From the NCBI GenBank assembly GCA_905178155.1, contig CAJINV010000005.1:3531902-3595901 (forward strand): DNA of 64,000 nucleotides, given 5' to 3'. The translations under genes were made by a program, and so were the position numbers. This document shows, one piece after another, positions 24,095 to 36,531 of the stretch; within the stretch, counting starts at the first letter, position 1; each line of letters opens with the position of its first letter. The notes below the pieces were generated by a model. That model was given only the letters and a program-made list of their open reading frames with translations, was not told where the DNA came from and did no database searches. Origin of the DNA: Amoebophrya sp. A120 (Eukaryota; Protista; Dinoflagellata).

Positions 24095-27000
24095 TCACGC
24101 AAAATTGACACTGCTGACTTTCATCCGCACGGAGAACCATGAGTATTCGCCAAAAAACGCGTAGCCGAGCATCCGCAGAAATTCCCGGGACCGGGTTTCC
24201 ATCAGGTCATGCTTCTGCCGCGGGGAAAGCTGCATCCTGCCGCCGCGCATCACGGGATACCTTTTGATGTTTTGGCTTGGTATATAACAATCACACTTGC
24301 ATCATGCAAAGTGAAATATCTACCTCCAATGAAAGCTCTTCCTCAAAAGTACGCAAAATCAGAAGATCTTCAGACATCTTCAATAATGAAAGATCAAGAG
24401 CCAGCTGCATCGATTGAATACTTAGCAAACATATACCCCAAAGCAATCGCCTGGGGGAGCGTATCTTGGTCGTTGGCAACGAAGACGTCGGTGCAGAGGG
24501 GCAAAAAAGCCTGTAGAAACTGGTCGAAACCGGGAATGGGTGGAGGGGTAATATTGGCTTGATGCGGAAGGTTTGTTATCTCCGTTGTACTAGTGGTTCT
24601 GTTTCCAGCTGCCAGGAAGTTGGTTTGTTCCAAAGTAGAACTACTACCCGCACCACTGACAGCAGTCGAGGAACCACCTCCAGTCATCGTGCTCACATTG
24701 GAATTGTCTCCCGCACTGCTCGCGGGAGAGGAGCCCGGAAGGTCGACCAGAATGTGCTCACCACCTACGCCAGCATCTGCACCGGACGGCGGTGGTGCGC
24801 CACCTGGTAGTTCACCACCTCCCGCAACAAGCTGCTGCGCAGCCGCGGTCATGTTGTGTTTGATTTTCTCCACGGATACATAGTCTCTCGACAAGGATCC
24901 CTGGTAGACGAGCTTAATTTCCACTTTCCACTTCTCCAGGGCTTTGACAAACTGGTTCACGTGCTTGCTCGTCCGGGAAAAATTCGAATTAACTTGCTGA
25001 TGTGCAGCACCAGCTGGTCCACCACCAGTCGGGTGGTTGAAGTCCAATCCCGGGGGTTGCACCACGTGATTCCGCACGAGAATCTCGTTCATCAGCTGCC
25101 GATATGAAATACAAATATGTCTGGGTCTGGAAGGTTCCGAGATTTACCATGCAGTTTTTCCAAGCTCCGCCAAGTCTGCAATGCAGGGCCTAGCATCACA
25201 GGTTCTGCAGCCTCTTAGTGATGCTTGTTCCGCATGAGAAATGCCCTCTCAGCATGAGCAGAAGTGAGCATCTTGCGCAAGTCACGCAACACAGATTTGT
25301 GCAGGATGCGGGACACGCATCACAAGTTCCCAGCCTTCCAGACCCAGAGGACATATTTGCAATGCATAGCCGAACGCGAGTCGCTTCCGCGGCCACCGCC
25401 CAATTTTCCAGTTGAGAACTGATTTCCCGGATAAAAAGCGTATGCACGGCAAGAAATATGTCTGGGTCTGGAAATTTGTGATGCTAAAATGTGCATGATG
25501 AAAATACTTGCTTATGCAGGAAAGCATGAAAAGTTTGCAGAGCGCTTTCCCTTTCTCATAGGCAGCCCGCATGAGATTGAGAAACTGCGTTTTTGCATGC
25601 AAAAATGGCTGCGATAATTGCTGGTCACGCATTACAGAGTTCACAGGAATGCAAGACCAGCATTACAAGTTCCAACGTTCCAGACCCAGACACTTTTGCA
25701 TTTCATAAAGCGCAGACTTGATCAATTCCAGATACTCCGTCTTCCCAGACTCCGCTGAGTGAAACCGCAGCCACACGGAGTTCTTCTCCCGGCTTGATGT
25801 TTTCATCGAAGGCGGCTGCTGTGATTTATTGCCACCACTTTGGCCGCCTTGATGATGCCCCGAGGTGGAGGACCTGCTTTGGTTGCTAGACTGCCGCTCG
25901 AGATTCAGTTTCTGTAGGGGAAGGGTTTGATGTTGACCAAGCTGCTGTTGTACCATGATGTGTTCACTTGTTACCCCAGAAGATGCTCCGGGCGAATTCG
26001 ACGGGGACTGGCGTACGGGTGAAGCCGAAGGAGATTGCCGGGGCGGGGATCGTCGAGGCGGGGAATTCGGAGCTCCTGTGAGGGTCATCTTCAAAGCTGG
26101 AGGCGTGGCCGGAGATGGAGATGAAGCAGACATCGACGCAGGATGAAATTGCACACTGTCCGGGCTGTTATGTAGTTGCGGTGATCCATTATTTAGAGGA
26201 GTCGGAGATGAAGTTGTCCGTCGTTCATGATCCGAAGAAGTAGCGTGCTGCTTGGTCGTGTTCTCCTCGCGAGGAGACGGGCGCGGGGAGGGCACCAAAG
26301 CCGCTGCGGTACTACTAGCAAACACTTGGTCGGGTAGAGTAACGCCGGACGTCGGGCGAGTTCGACTATTCAATATTCCGCGATCTTCCCCTCCGCTGTC
26401 ATTTTTCATCAGCGGCTGTAAGTTCTGCGCTGCGGCCGCGAGCAGAAATCCCGCGAGAATGCACAGCAATGCGCACAGAATCAGCACCAAACACTGCATC
26501 TTTTTCGAGCTAGCGAGAATAGCGAGGAAAGTCGTATCTTCGACCTCTTCATCTTCAGATGAGCAGTCTGGGTGCAGTTCGTGGCCGGAATTTTTTTTAC
26601 TTCCGTGTTTTAGAAGTTTCGACGACGGTGGCGGTACAAACATTGACCGACGGGAGGATCGTGTCGAGTAGTAATACGCCGCGTCGTTGTAGCTGCTGCG
26701 GTTCATCTTTCTGTGGTAGTTGCCGCTCATCTTCCGATGTATGCAATACAAATTTCCCGTACATGTACAACATACATCACAAATCTCACCAATTTGGAGC
26801 GTAAAGCTTGTCGTGCTAAACTAGGATCGAAGCCAAGTTTTGTCATGCAGAGACCGCATCTGTACGTGTACGGGAAATTTACTGTGGATACGATGGTGCT
26901 GAATATTATGGCCATGAAGATCTTCTTCGCGACTAGAGTTGCAGCTTTGATCGTTGTTCATCATGATGTTCTTGTTGTACATCTTGATCGCTCTTTCAGC

Positions 27001-30000
27001 TTCGTTCCCCTGCCCTTCGTGCCCAGTCATGGTCCGGTTGTACATGTTCGTTGCCGCGCCCGCAACCCGCTTACTTGCGACGGAATGGTGGAACAGGAGG
27101 TCAGGCGTCTGTTGTTCATGGTCGTTATCATGAATATCGTTTTCTTCTGCATCGATATCAGCGTCAGAAGAGAGCAAGTGATTGTGCTCGGACGGTCTGG
27201 AGATGCGGTTGCGGGCATTTTTCGTGATAGACGTGTTCCTGGTGTTGTTGGTAGTTGTGCCGTTCTTGTTTCCACCCATCAGGAGGTTGTGGCCACCGAT
27301 GTATTTGGTGTAAGTTGTTTTCGCAGTGGTTCCATTTTTCCCATGGTGTTGCACCATCGCCCCGGCGCGCCGGCCTGCGGCATGGGGAGGGGCTTCCAGG
27401 TTTTGCCCCGGTCCAGCCCCAAACTCATGCTGCTGTTGCGAATTAATATACCCGTGATTTTTACTAGCTCCACCAGACGCTGGCCCAAAATGCATGTTGC
27501 CATGTTTATTCGCCAACATCTGCTTATTTTTCGTGCTATGATGCTGAAGATGGTGCAGCGAGGTGGTCATGTAGCTATCGTGAAGATGATCATGTTGACC
27601 ACGGCCGCCTTTTCCACCTCCGTGATGATACTTATGAAAACCGGCACCGCCGGCACCCCTTTCCGAGTCGTGATCCCAATAAGTAGATGAAGCACGCTTA
27701 ATATCATTTCCAGCACGAAAATTATGCCCACTGCTCCGGCCGAAAATGTGGTGCATATTCTTGCCTCTAAAATCTTCATGATGGTTTTTTCCGCCGGCGG
27801 AGGACCGCTTATGATTCCCCCGTCGCCCACCTCCAGAAGCCATGATGCTGCTCTGGTCCTCTCTTTGCTCATCAGATAGAAGCATTGGACTCGACGACAC
27901 CAATGTCGGGCTGTACCGTTCGCAAAAGATGTTACGACGGGTAGAGGAATGACGATGTAGTTGCTGGTGCTGGTGGCCATGCAGTCCACCATGATGTTGA
28001 CCGTTGTATACTGAAGAACCTCCACGACCTCCACGACCAGGAGCATAATTCTTACTGTTCTGATTTGACGCAATGCTGCTGGACAGACTTTCCCGGCCGG
28101 TCAACGAGTTCTTGAAATTGTGCTGCTGTTGAACAATCCGCACGTCCGGGTCCACGAGCAAGCTTGGGCTGGGGTACTGCCGAAAGTGGTAATTCCCAAC
28201 ATGCTTTTCCAACAACTCAGTCTGCTGCTTCGGCTTGATGTTCGACGGTTGCAGCTGTTGTTGTTGACCCAGAAGTTGTTCTTGTTGAGATGCTCCACCT
28301 AACACGCTAGATTGCGGCTGCAGCTGCTGTGCTGATTCTACTACACCGTCTACTTCCACCGAAGACCTGCCGCGCTCTTGCTCGTGGTCAACGACGTGGT
28401 GGGAGTTCAGCAAGTTCATATTTTCGTGCCCGAGTGGTCCTATCAACTGTAAAAATGTCTGGGTCTGGAAGAGTTCATGTTTGTCATGCTTGTCTGGCAT
28501 GACTCTTAAATCTGTCATGCACGTTACCCAAGAGCCCCGCTTTTCTGTGATGCAGAAGCGCAGTTTGTCATGTTGGAAGGCTAAGGGCAGGGCGTCCCAT
28601 TCGTTTATAAACTTAAAACGGTAGCCACCTACCCAGCAAACTCTGAGTGGCATAAGCACGGGCAAAGCGATCACTACCGAGAGACAGCCACAAGAGCTCC
28701 TGGGACGGCTGCGGGATGAGCTTTGTAGCTATCTGAGTAGGGATAACTTTGCCGGCAGACCCACCAGCGCTGAGGGATAAAAGAAAAGAAAAAAAGCGGT
28801 AAAGTCATCTACTATGGCACAGTCCTAGATACGAAAAAACCCATCTTAAAAAAGTGAGGCAAGATGAAATGCAGTTGCTTTCATGGCGAGCAGCCGCAAA
28901 CAAGGCGAACTGTCGCTGCGGACAAATGCAAACACGTCCGCAACCGAGGGAGCAGAGATAGAACCGCGCACACCACCGACCGAGACAGCATCAGATCATG
29001 CAAAAGGCCGGAACAAGCCCGAAAAACCAAGGGCGGAGCAAGAGCAACTACATTACAAACCCCAAGACGGGAAATAAACTATCTAACCCAAGCTACTAAG
29101 TATATTTTACCTTGACTAACACTAAATACTAGCGCGCGTCTACACTGATCCACTTCTGCCCGTACCGTCTTTAGCCTGACTTTCTCGACCACCCTAAGAA
29201 GTGGCTCGAAATTCATGACCAAACAAGAGAAAGCCAAGGACTAAAGTGCTCTCTATTTTCCGCGTCTTAGATGGTTGTCCATGGGTACGGGTGCTAGCTC
29301 ACCTAGGACAACCACGCGAAAAATACGTGGATTACAACACTACAGCTACTACTTCTACGTCGAAGTCTCTCATAGACCCATGGCACAGACAGAGGAACAC
29401 GAAAGCCACAAGGAACGAACAAGCTCTAATCGAGCTGGCCACTGTAGTGTCAGTTCCCATGCACGTCAAAACTGAAAACGTTAGTCGTCTGCTCAGTCTC
29501 TGTCCCGTGCAACCACATCTACATACATAATTTTCACATGCATAGCGGACAATCAGGCGTGAGAAAGTCTTCTTGTTGAAGAACGCCGGTGGCACAAAAG
29601 AAAGCGACACAAGAAGAAAACCGACACAGAAGCGCAGTTTGTCATGCAGAATAGGTAACAACTAGGAGCTCAGAGACTTGTCATGCTGAGCCAGCATTTG
29701 TAGCCTCATCATGAGACGCCACCCAGCATCACAAGTTTCCAAACCCAGACATTTTTACTTTTGATAGGTCCGTGATCGGGACTACTGTCTTCCTCCAGCT
29801 GGATATTTTCTTCCTGCTCGCCACGATGTGGGTGGTCGGCTCCTGCTAAACTACGCCCGACGACACTTTGCAACAGAGATCGCTTCGTACTACTCATGTT
29901 GTTGACGTTCATGTTCATCCCACTGCTAGTATGCAGTTCCTCGCCTGTAGACACCAAATGGCGACTTTCGATCTGGGCTTCGTCGTCTTCAATTTCGATC

Positions 30001-30749
30001 ATAGCAGCAGGAGGCCCTCCTGGTGGTCCTCGCAGTCCAGAATTTATTTGAGTTCCACCCACTGAAGGTTCTCCAAGAGCAGGATTCACCACTCCGCCCA
30101 AATTTTTATGGCTCATCACATTTTTATCTTCATCCAGTAAAAAAATGTCCTGTCGCGCGTCCTGTTCTTCCTCGTCGTCGCCCGGACTGAATCGTCGGAA
30201 GTCTTCTTCACTCGTGCCCGCACCTCCACCACCCCGACAAGTCCCTCCGCCAAGACCGAAATTTCCTAAACTCGTTGCTGTGGTGTCTTCCACCAAAACC
30301 ATGTATGGCGTTCTCAAACGTTACATTCTCAGCTGTTACCTGATTTGTCATGCAAAATGACCATGAGCCACAAGACGTTCCAGCTGCTTCACATGACAAG
30401 TTCTCGAATGGCTAGCCAGCGTCTAAATCTGTGCCAAATCTGTCACGCAAGACGCGCAAGCTCCCTCCTTTCACTTTTGCCATTCTTGCATCACAAATTC
30501 ATGTAACAGTTGAGAATGTAACAGTTGAGAACGCCATACCATGCGCGAGGGCGTTATGTTCGTCGTCGCAAGGGAGGAGGAAAGAACCGCGGAGGGACGC
30601 GGGGAAGATTTAGAAATGTTGGAGGTGTTGGATGAGGCTGATGGATTGATGACGTCCTCTTTGCTGACGGAGCCTTCGGTCTGATGCGGGACGACACTCA
30701 TCTGGTCGTGCAGGATCTTGTTACTTGGCAAAGCTATGCTGAGTAACAC
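24095..30749 (-). CDS. Large low-complexity single-pass membrane protein, at least 7 exons; start codon uncertain
   Basis: ORF pieces 30471-30749, 29709-30317, 26821-28674, 25663-26751, 25196-25447 and 24394-25092 join in frame when each intervening introner plus one DR is removed. TM segment CLVLILCALLCILAGFLLAAAA. Inferred last exon ends ...VRMKVSSVNFA* at 24095. Confidence 0.7.
25103..25368. mobile_element. Introner family A (266 bp), DR GCCGA
   Basis: Family A TIR and perfect DR; removal gives TRVRQLMNEIL. Confidence 0.9.
25441..25707. mobile_element. Introner family A (267 bp), DR AAGCG
   Basis: Family A TIR and perfect DR; removal gives IKSALFIREIS. Confidence 0.9.
26740..26890. mobile_element. 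Introner family D (151 bp), DR CGATG
   Basis: IR AAATTTCCCGTACATGTACA / TGTACGTGTACGGGAAATTT; removal gives QHHRKMSGNY. Confidence 0.9.
28441..29766. mobile_element. Introner family A expanded to 1326 bp by a nested insertion, DR GGTCC
   Basis: Family A TIRs and perfect DR; removal gives DHGPLGHENM. Without the insert it aligns to the reverse complement of 53982-54236. Confidence 0.9.
28573..29626. mobile_element. 1054-bp insertion nested in an introner, 20-bp target duplication
   Basis: CAGAAGCGCAGTTTGTCATG at 28553-28572 and 29627-29646. Ends can be read as TGTTGG...CCGACA (solo-LTR-like). Confidence 0.8.
30304..30538. mobile_element. Introner family C (235 bp), DR CCATG
   Basis: TIR TATGGCGTTCTCAA.YGTTACATTCTCA.CTGTTAC; removal gives PSRMVLVEDT. 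Confidence 0.9.
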
Positions 30750-32099
30750 GGATACTGGTCTGCTACAAGTCCTCTTGCAAGCGATCGAAGACCGAGAAGT
30801 CCTCTTGCAATCGACAACCGTTTGTTGTGATTCGGGTGCGACGTCGGCGGCGGCCCCAAGCGAGCAGTACTAGCAGAGAAGTCTTCTTAGGGCGCGACCT
30901 CTTCCACTGCTATTTTTTGCCCGTTCTGTATCATGTTGGTGCGCCCTGCTGCAGCTGGGGCTTTATGTACTCTTTACAAGGCACGACTCTACTTTTGCTA
31001 CGCGCCTAAGTCTTGAGCGGGTGATTTGCGTCAAGGACAGCAGCACTCGAGGAAGTTCATCACTTCTGACCGAGATTTTTCATAAGCACAAGCAGACATC
31101 ATCAAAGGGCTGCAGGCACAGTAGAGCTACGAAGATCATAAGCAAATTGAGAAATAAGCACCGAATCAACGAAATGACCGACCACGGAAATGAATGAAAT
31201 CGAACAGCGGCGTCAGTTCATCAACTCTATCGGCAATCGATGCACGTTGCAGCTTAGCACCGATTCTACAACATTTTGCTATCCATTGCCATTCACTGCT
31301 AAACACACTTGCGTCCCCTCGTCCAACAGATAAAGCATTCCATCCGTGGCGGTCCTCCGATTCCACATATTCCAAAAGCGAGTGCAGCGGTGAGAAAGAT
31401 ACGACATATGTAAAAGTTTTGTACAATACATTTTTCTTAAATTATTCGGTGAGCCTGCTTTCCTACCAAAGCCACGACTCACTGTCGCCTATGGTGTGAT
31501 ACTCAACATTTTTCAAAAAAGTCCTACTTTCAATTGTTGAATTCTAGTAAATATTTTTTTTCTTCTGTTGCATTATCCTTGTCCTTCTTCATGTTGACTG
31601 ATTTCTTGGAAATCCAAATGTTGCTGTAGACTTCTTTTCACCTTGGGCATTTGTCTGAAAATGTAAAAGCATTTCTGGCAAGGTCGAATACTCACTGTGT
31701 ATAGCCACACAGTCAAAAAATCGGCGGAAACTTCTAGTAGTTCGCTGTGTCTGTATATATTACCTCCTTTGCATCTTCACTAGATCTCATTGCTTCATCT
31801 TCTTCAACTACTCCGCTAAACGTAAAACTTAAACTGGCTCTTCTATCTCTACCTCCGTACTAGTAGAGGCACTACGTGATAACAATTGCTAATCCGTTGA
31901 TAATATGAGAAGTTGTTGTAAAAGTAAAATTGACTCTTGCTAAACCTGATCAAAGTCCGATACTCTGGTGCTTCTGAGCTAATTATTGCTGTTGGTAAAC
32001 GCTCCAATCAAAAGTACTAGGTAGTACTTGTTCATCTATTTTCTGTGTACCTCTCCTCCTCTTCGCCTTCTGCTTGCTCTATTTCCCGCCCCCTGTTCA

Positions 32100-34960
32100 T
32101 CACACCTCGTCGTGAACGAGCGAACTTTTCATCTTCTTCATCTTCTGCATGAAAACGGCCTGCTTTTCCACAATCTGATCGCATCTTTTCAACTCGGCCG
32201 GCGAAAATCCGTGTCCGATCACCCCCGCCTCCGGGTCCGAGCAGAACCGGTAATTTACCCCCGCCGCAATTTTCCCGAACTTGACAAAGTGGCTGGGCGC
32301 GTCAACCAAATGGAAGGAGGACGGAAGTTCGTTGCTCCACAGCCAAACACCCCAATTCGTATCCTCCGACTTTCCTTCCCGCAGCCGCTCCGGGTGCCGT
32401 ATGGCATTCTCAAGCGTTACATCCTCAACTCCTGTTACATCAATTTCTAATGCAAGAATGGCAAAACTGAAAGGGGTGAATATTGCGCCTTTTGCATGAC
32501 AGATTTGGGACGGACTCTAGTACTATTTAGCGCGTCGAGAAGTTGTAATGCGAAGAAGGCTTGATCGTGTGAAAAGTGATAGCGTTTTTGCATGGCAAAT
32601 CGTGTAACAGTTGAGAGTGTAACGTTTGAGAACCCCATATGTCGCGCGACGTACGCCGCCACCCGATGCGTTATCGCGACACCGGAGGCACCAGATGGGT
32701 ATTCCGGGTAGTAGTGCTCATTGTAGCCGTACTGGTCCTTGTACTGGCTCTCCATCCTGTTCTTGCCCTTCTTGTATGCTGTGCAAAAAGTTGATGTATC
32801 GCGCTCGTAGTAAAAGTAATTATTGTAGTGGTCATGCAGGACAAAACCCTCTACCTGATTTGCTATGACAAATTGCATTTCGGTCCCTTAGAAAATTGTG
32901 AAAACTGTCATGCCATTCATACATAGTGCGATACTTTTATTTTTGTATCTGCATATCTTGTCATGCAGTAACGGGTAGAACTCTTCGTCGAACGACGGAT
33001 CCCCGTTCTTTCCCACGTCCAAAGCCGGTTGCTCGTAGTTCACGTTGCCGACGATCAGCCCCGGTATCCCCCAGAAAAAGACCGGCAGGCCAAATTTGTA
33101 ATGCAAAAGTAAATATAACAAAAAAATACGCATTACATGCCCTAAACAGCATTCTATGGCTTTCGCCCATGACAGATTTGCCTGTGTATCTATTGTTGCA
33201 TTACAAATCTGACCTGCCTGCTTTTTTCTGTGGGATACCCGGAGTTCCGTGGTCAAACTTCGCCCCAAAGTCCGTCTGCGGATGTTTCTTCAGTTTCTCC
33301 TTCTCGTCGGCGAGCAGCTGCGTCAGATACTTCTGCAGCGGCCGAAACTTCACGTACACATCGTCGTCGACCTTCACATATGCATTGCAAAAGTATCGCA
33401 CTCGTATAAATGCATTTCCTCAGCATGAGAAATGAAATTTGTAATGCAGATTTAACTTAAAAAAAGATTTGTATATGCATGACTGCAATACGAGTACGAT
33501 ACTTTTGCACAGGATATCACAATCCAGTCCAGAGTCGGATCTTTTTCCAGGAGCCACGCGATGGAGAGCTTCACTTTCTTGCTGATCGAGAAGTAGGTAT
33601 CCACGTGCGGCAACAACACCACATCCCCGTGCAAATCTGCTTCGGATTGTAGCGTTGCGTTGATTTTCCTCTCCTCGTTCGCTAGTTTCTTGTACTGTTC
33701 CTGTCTCGACAGCTGCCACGTGTTTGATGCAGGAGTTCCTGCTTTCGAAGTTGTGCCGTCCTTGTCCCATACATTCATCAACGCTGGGGACTCCGTGCAG
33801 TCCCATTTTGCAACTCGCATCTTTTCGGGCACTTCGCAACCCCGGGCGCCGACCATGAAGTACGCGATTTTGTTGTTGTATTTGCTGTTGAAGTTTTCCA
33901 GTTTGCTCTGCGGGTCGTTTGTTTGCTTGCTCTTGTCGTCACCTAGTACAACTTGTGGTCCTCCTCCACCTCCTGCTCTTCCGTGATACGTCGGGTTCTG
34001 CACGAAAAGCAACTGGTCCACGGGGTCCTTGTACAACTGAGGGTGCGTGTTTTTCTGCACCTTCAGCCACGTTTCCCGCAGCGCTTTCCTCGCTTCCCAG
34101 TTGGTTCTGCCGGAGAGGACCATCAGGATTATTTTTGGATTTGCCTCGATGAGAACTTGGTTGGAGAACATGTTCTCATCTTGTTCTGCTTGTTCCCCGG
34201 TGGTCGACGCCTTCGTCGTCGTGTCCAGCAAACCTACTGCAGTGCCTGTCGAGGTGGAAGATTTGATTTTTGCTCTGTTCCCAGCTGGTAGCAGATCTTT
34301 CAGCGGCGTCATTCCGTTGTGCAACATCGTTGCGGGGGTCGTAGAGCTTCCGAACAAAGACCATGATCCGCGACCTGTTGCAGCTGCAGCGGACAACTTT
34401 GAAGAAGCTCCTGCCGAGAGTTTTTGCGACACCTGCAGTGCCGACACCCCGTTGATTCTACTGGTGCGAGCCCTGATGTCATCTGCTTCCTGTTTCAGCT
34501 TCTCCTTGTCCCGATTATGGATGCTGTCCTCGTCGGAAAGAAAATTTTGGTTCGCATTTGTTCCTTTTGCTGCTTTATTTCCGTAGTTTATTTTTCCTTT
34601 TCCACCATTATCTTTGTCTTTCGCTTTACTACTTTCCGGGAACAGCCGTTGCAAAAACCGTTGCCTCCGGAGCTGCTTTCTGCGGTTCTGAACCAGGCGA
34701 AGGGTTTGCAAAGTCGCGTCGTCCTCCAACGCGTCTGCTTTGGGCGCGCCCGGAAAGTCATGCACGTGGCGGGGCAGAGAAAAGGTAGACGATTTCAGCG
34801 TCGCCTGCGCGCGGAGGCGGGTGCAAGCCACATCGCGATAGAAGTAGACTGCTGGCGTGTAGTTGGTCCACCACCAGGCGGCCCAGAGGTGGAGACCTAG
34901 ACTGTGGAGCAATCTAAGCGCGAAAGCTCGCGGCGGGCGCATGCTTTTCGTTCCATCCAT
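32100..34960 (-). CDS. GT31-family beta-1,3-galactosyltransferase-like type II membrane protein, 5 exons
   Basis: Motifs ILMVLSGRTNWEARKALRETW, LQSEADLHGDVVLL..VDTY..ISKK, DWIVKVDDDVYV (DxD), YPEYPSGASG and EDTNWGVW assemble in order after removing four introners. Confidence 0.85.
32400..32639. mobile_element. Introner family C (240 bp), DR TGCCG/TGTCG, orientation opposite to 30304
   Basis: Family C TIR. The internal TGCAAGAATGGCAAAA.TGAAAGG is the reverse complement of the motif in 30304 and 50782. Removal gives VARHPERL. Confidence 0.9.
32775..32955. mobile_element. Introner family B-like (181 bp), DR TCTTG
   Basis: GTATCGCGCT / AGTGCGATAC IR core; removal gives LHDKKGKNR. Confidence 0.85.
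33065..33237. mobile_element. Introner (173 bp), DR CCCGG
   Basis: About 40-bp IR TATCCC.CAGAAAAA...GGCAGG.CA.ATTTGTAATGCAA; removal gives GTPGLIVGN. Confidence 0.9.
33379..33516. mobile_element. Introner family B (138 bp), DR TCACA
   Basis: TIR TGCAAAAGTATCGYACTCGTAT; removal gives DWIVKVDDD. Confidence 0.9.
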
Positions 34961-36531
34961 ATAAGGGAACGGCGTGCGTCCGCGTCGATTTTTTGGATGT
35001 GCGCTGCAGCTTCGCTTTGGTCCTCGCGGCGGTGGGGGAAGAAGAAGAAGAAGTCAAAGGAACTCCCGCGATGAACAGTGCGGAAGTACTACCCCTCGAA
35101 TGACCACAGTCCTCTTCTAAATCTTCACTGATGTTGAAACTACCGGACGGAAGAAGTATCGTTCGAGCGTCGTGAAAAGTGTCAGCCGGGAATACGAATA
35201 AATTGTTTCGGTTATTGCCTTCCTGCTGTCTGCTGCAAGGATAAGGAAGGATTTCTATCTCCTCCGCCCGGGTCTGTTTCAGGTGACCGCATCCGCCCGC
35301 CATGATAGCGGCCTTCTCATCCTTAAAGCAGCCCGATACTCTGGCTTTATTCTTTCATCGCGGAGATTTAATAGCAAGCTTTATTTGTCTAGAAGGGCTA
35401 CGTACAACTTCAAGATCTAATTTTACTGTACTGAAGCATGACGAAAGAAGAAAACAGTTGTGCGACGAAGTTGACGCAAGTAGTAGCTGTAGATTTGTTC
35501 AACAAGAACGGACACACACGCACGCACATCACAAACACACCTCCTGCCCTCGAGAAATAAAACAACTTCTCACATACAATAACAAAAATAGGCTCTCCTG
35601 GTGTACGAGTACGCCAATTTCTTATTCTTCAGGGGCTTGATTATAATTCTCACACCCACTTCAATCTGTCGCGCTCGAGAATCAGCAGGACTTTCCGGCT
35701 TGTTCCCCAGCTGTATGTTGAACAGAAACCAGGAAAGGATCTACTCCTGCACGCGGGAATAAAAGAAGGAGGTGCAGAGTCTTGAAGCGCAGAGTCGTAC
35801 GCTCTTGCTTGCCAAAGGGCAGACAGTTGTGGGCGGGCACGCTGCTAGCTAGCGCCCGTCGATGAATGGGTCAGCCGTCGGCTTCTAATTCTGCCTCTGA
35901 ATAGATCCGGTGTCGTTTTGGTTTTGTCGCAAAAGCCGTTGTACTTCGGGAGTTGTACGCATTTTTTTGCCACATCTTCATTTACTCGCCATACGTCTTT
36001 TTAAGACTGACTTCGTCTCCAAAAGCGGACTCTGTATAGGATGCGAAAATCATAATTGGTCACTATACAGCCCAGTTACACGCGACGTCTGTCCAGCTTT
36101 ATTCCGTCTGCATGGATCCGGTCTGTAAAGAGCCCAATACGTCGTCGCGGGGAAAGTGGGCGACTAGATTAGCGTCGGTCGCGATCATTTGCTATTCTTT
36201 TATCCGTATGTCGTTACATTCTTCGCCAACTACTAGTAAACTAACCGACGCCGCGGTCCTGGTCGTAGACTCATAGACGTTAAGTGATATTATCCGGAAG
36301 ATGTTGAAGTTGATAAAAAAGTCAGCACTTTGGGAAAATTATAATTGTGCTGCTTGTTTACAAACGTTTTTGACTACACGTGAAAATAGCTCAGAAGGAA
36401 AGGGAGTATTTCTCGTTTGTCTTTCATTCTTTCTCTTTCATTTCTCAAAAATAAAAATTAGGACGCGGCTGCACAGCTGCAAAAATAATAAACACGGAGA
36501 TAAGCAACTACATCCTCTTAGTACTTTCGGC

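Noticed and set aside
26713-27690. Long plus-strand ORFs (also 16398, 18726, 40419, 46051, 50088)
   Set aside because: Antisense shadows of minus-strand genes with no independent motifs.
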